DNA of 31,587 nt from a virus (taxonomy: Duplodnaviria > Caudoviricetes). This document shows positions 31,529-31,587 of this stretch, in pieces. The number at the start of each line of letters is the position of its first letter. The first letter of the stretch is position 1. The notes beneath the pieces were generated by a model. The model was given only the letters and a program-made list of their open reading frames with translations, was not told the origin of the DNA and did no database searches. A program made the position numbers and the translations under genes. Location of the stretch: the IMG/VR virus record IMGVR_UViG_3300032212_000111, positions 1-31,587 of that record; one strand, written 5' to 3'.

Positions 31529-31587
31529 TCTGAATCCCCTATAGCTACAACCTCTGCAACGTCCTCAAGCTCAATTAAAGCGTTTTC
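31522..31587. repeat. Terminal direct repeat, right copy
   Basis: Identical to 1-66. Confidence 0.97.

Noticed and set aside
1-31587. CRISPR array, DGR/retron, introns/inteins, alternative genetic code
   Set aside because: No repeat-spacer array, reverse transcriptase or TR/VR pair was seen; terL, portal and coat are uninterrupted and normal in length; genes tile densely in code 11 using all three stops.

Overview
The window appears to be a complete, circularly permuted 31,521-bp genome of a small P22/Sf6-like podovirus: bases 1-66 are identical to 31522-31587 and a reading frame runs through the join. The host is probably a Gram-negative proteobacterium (inferred from sigma70-type promoters and P22-type morphogenesis genes). 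A divergent promoter pair at ~3430-3530 drives two operons. The short rightward operon holds ERF, a YqaJ exonuclease, DUF3268 and a tRNA-like RNA. The long leftward operon runs through Cro-like HTH, VRR-NUC nuclease, O/P-like replication genes, nin-like small genes, HNH, TerS, TerL, portal, scaffold, coat, gp4, gp10, gp14, gp7/gp20/gp16 and tailspike, then an extra six-gene beta-helix/BppU module, a GH24 lysozyme and an alpha/beta-hydrolase. I could not recognise a CI repressor, integrase, Q antiterminator or spanins. The most interesting signals are non-coding: a ~230-nt tRNA-shaped RNA at the position where int/attP would be expected, and three promoter-proximal RNA switches with loop-to-target complementarity (resembling P4 CI, P1 c4 or RNA-OUT logic) in front of the replication gene and both HNH genes. 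Also notable are a lysozyme+lipase lysis pair and a probable ATC start codon for the tailspike. All family assignments come from motif recognition by eye; no database searches were run.
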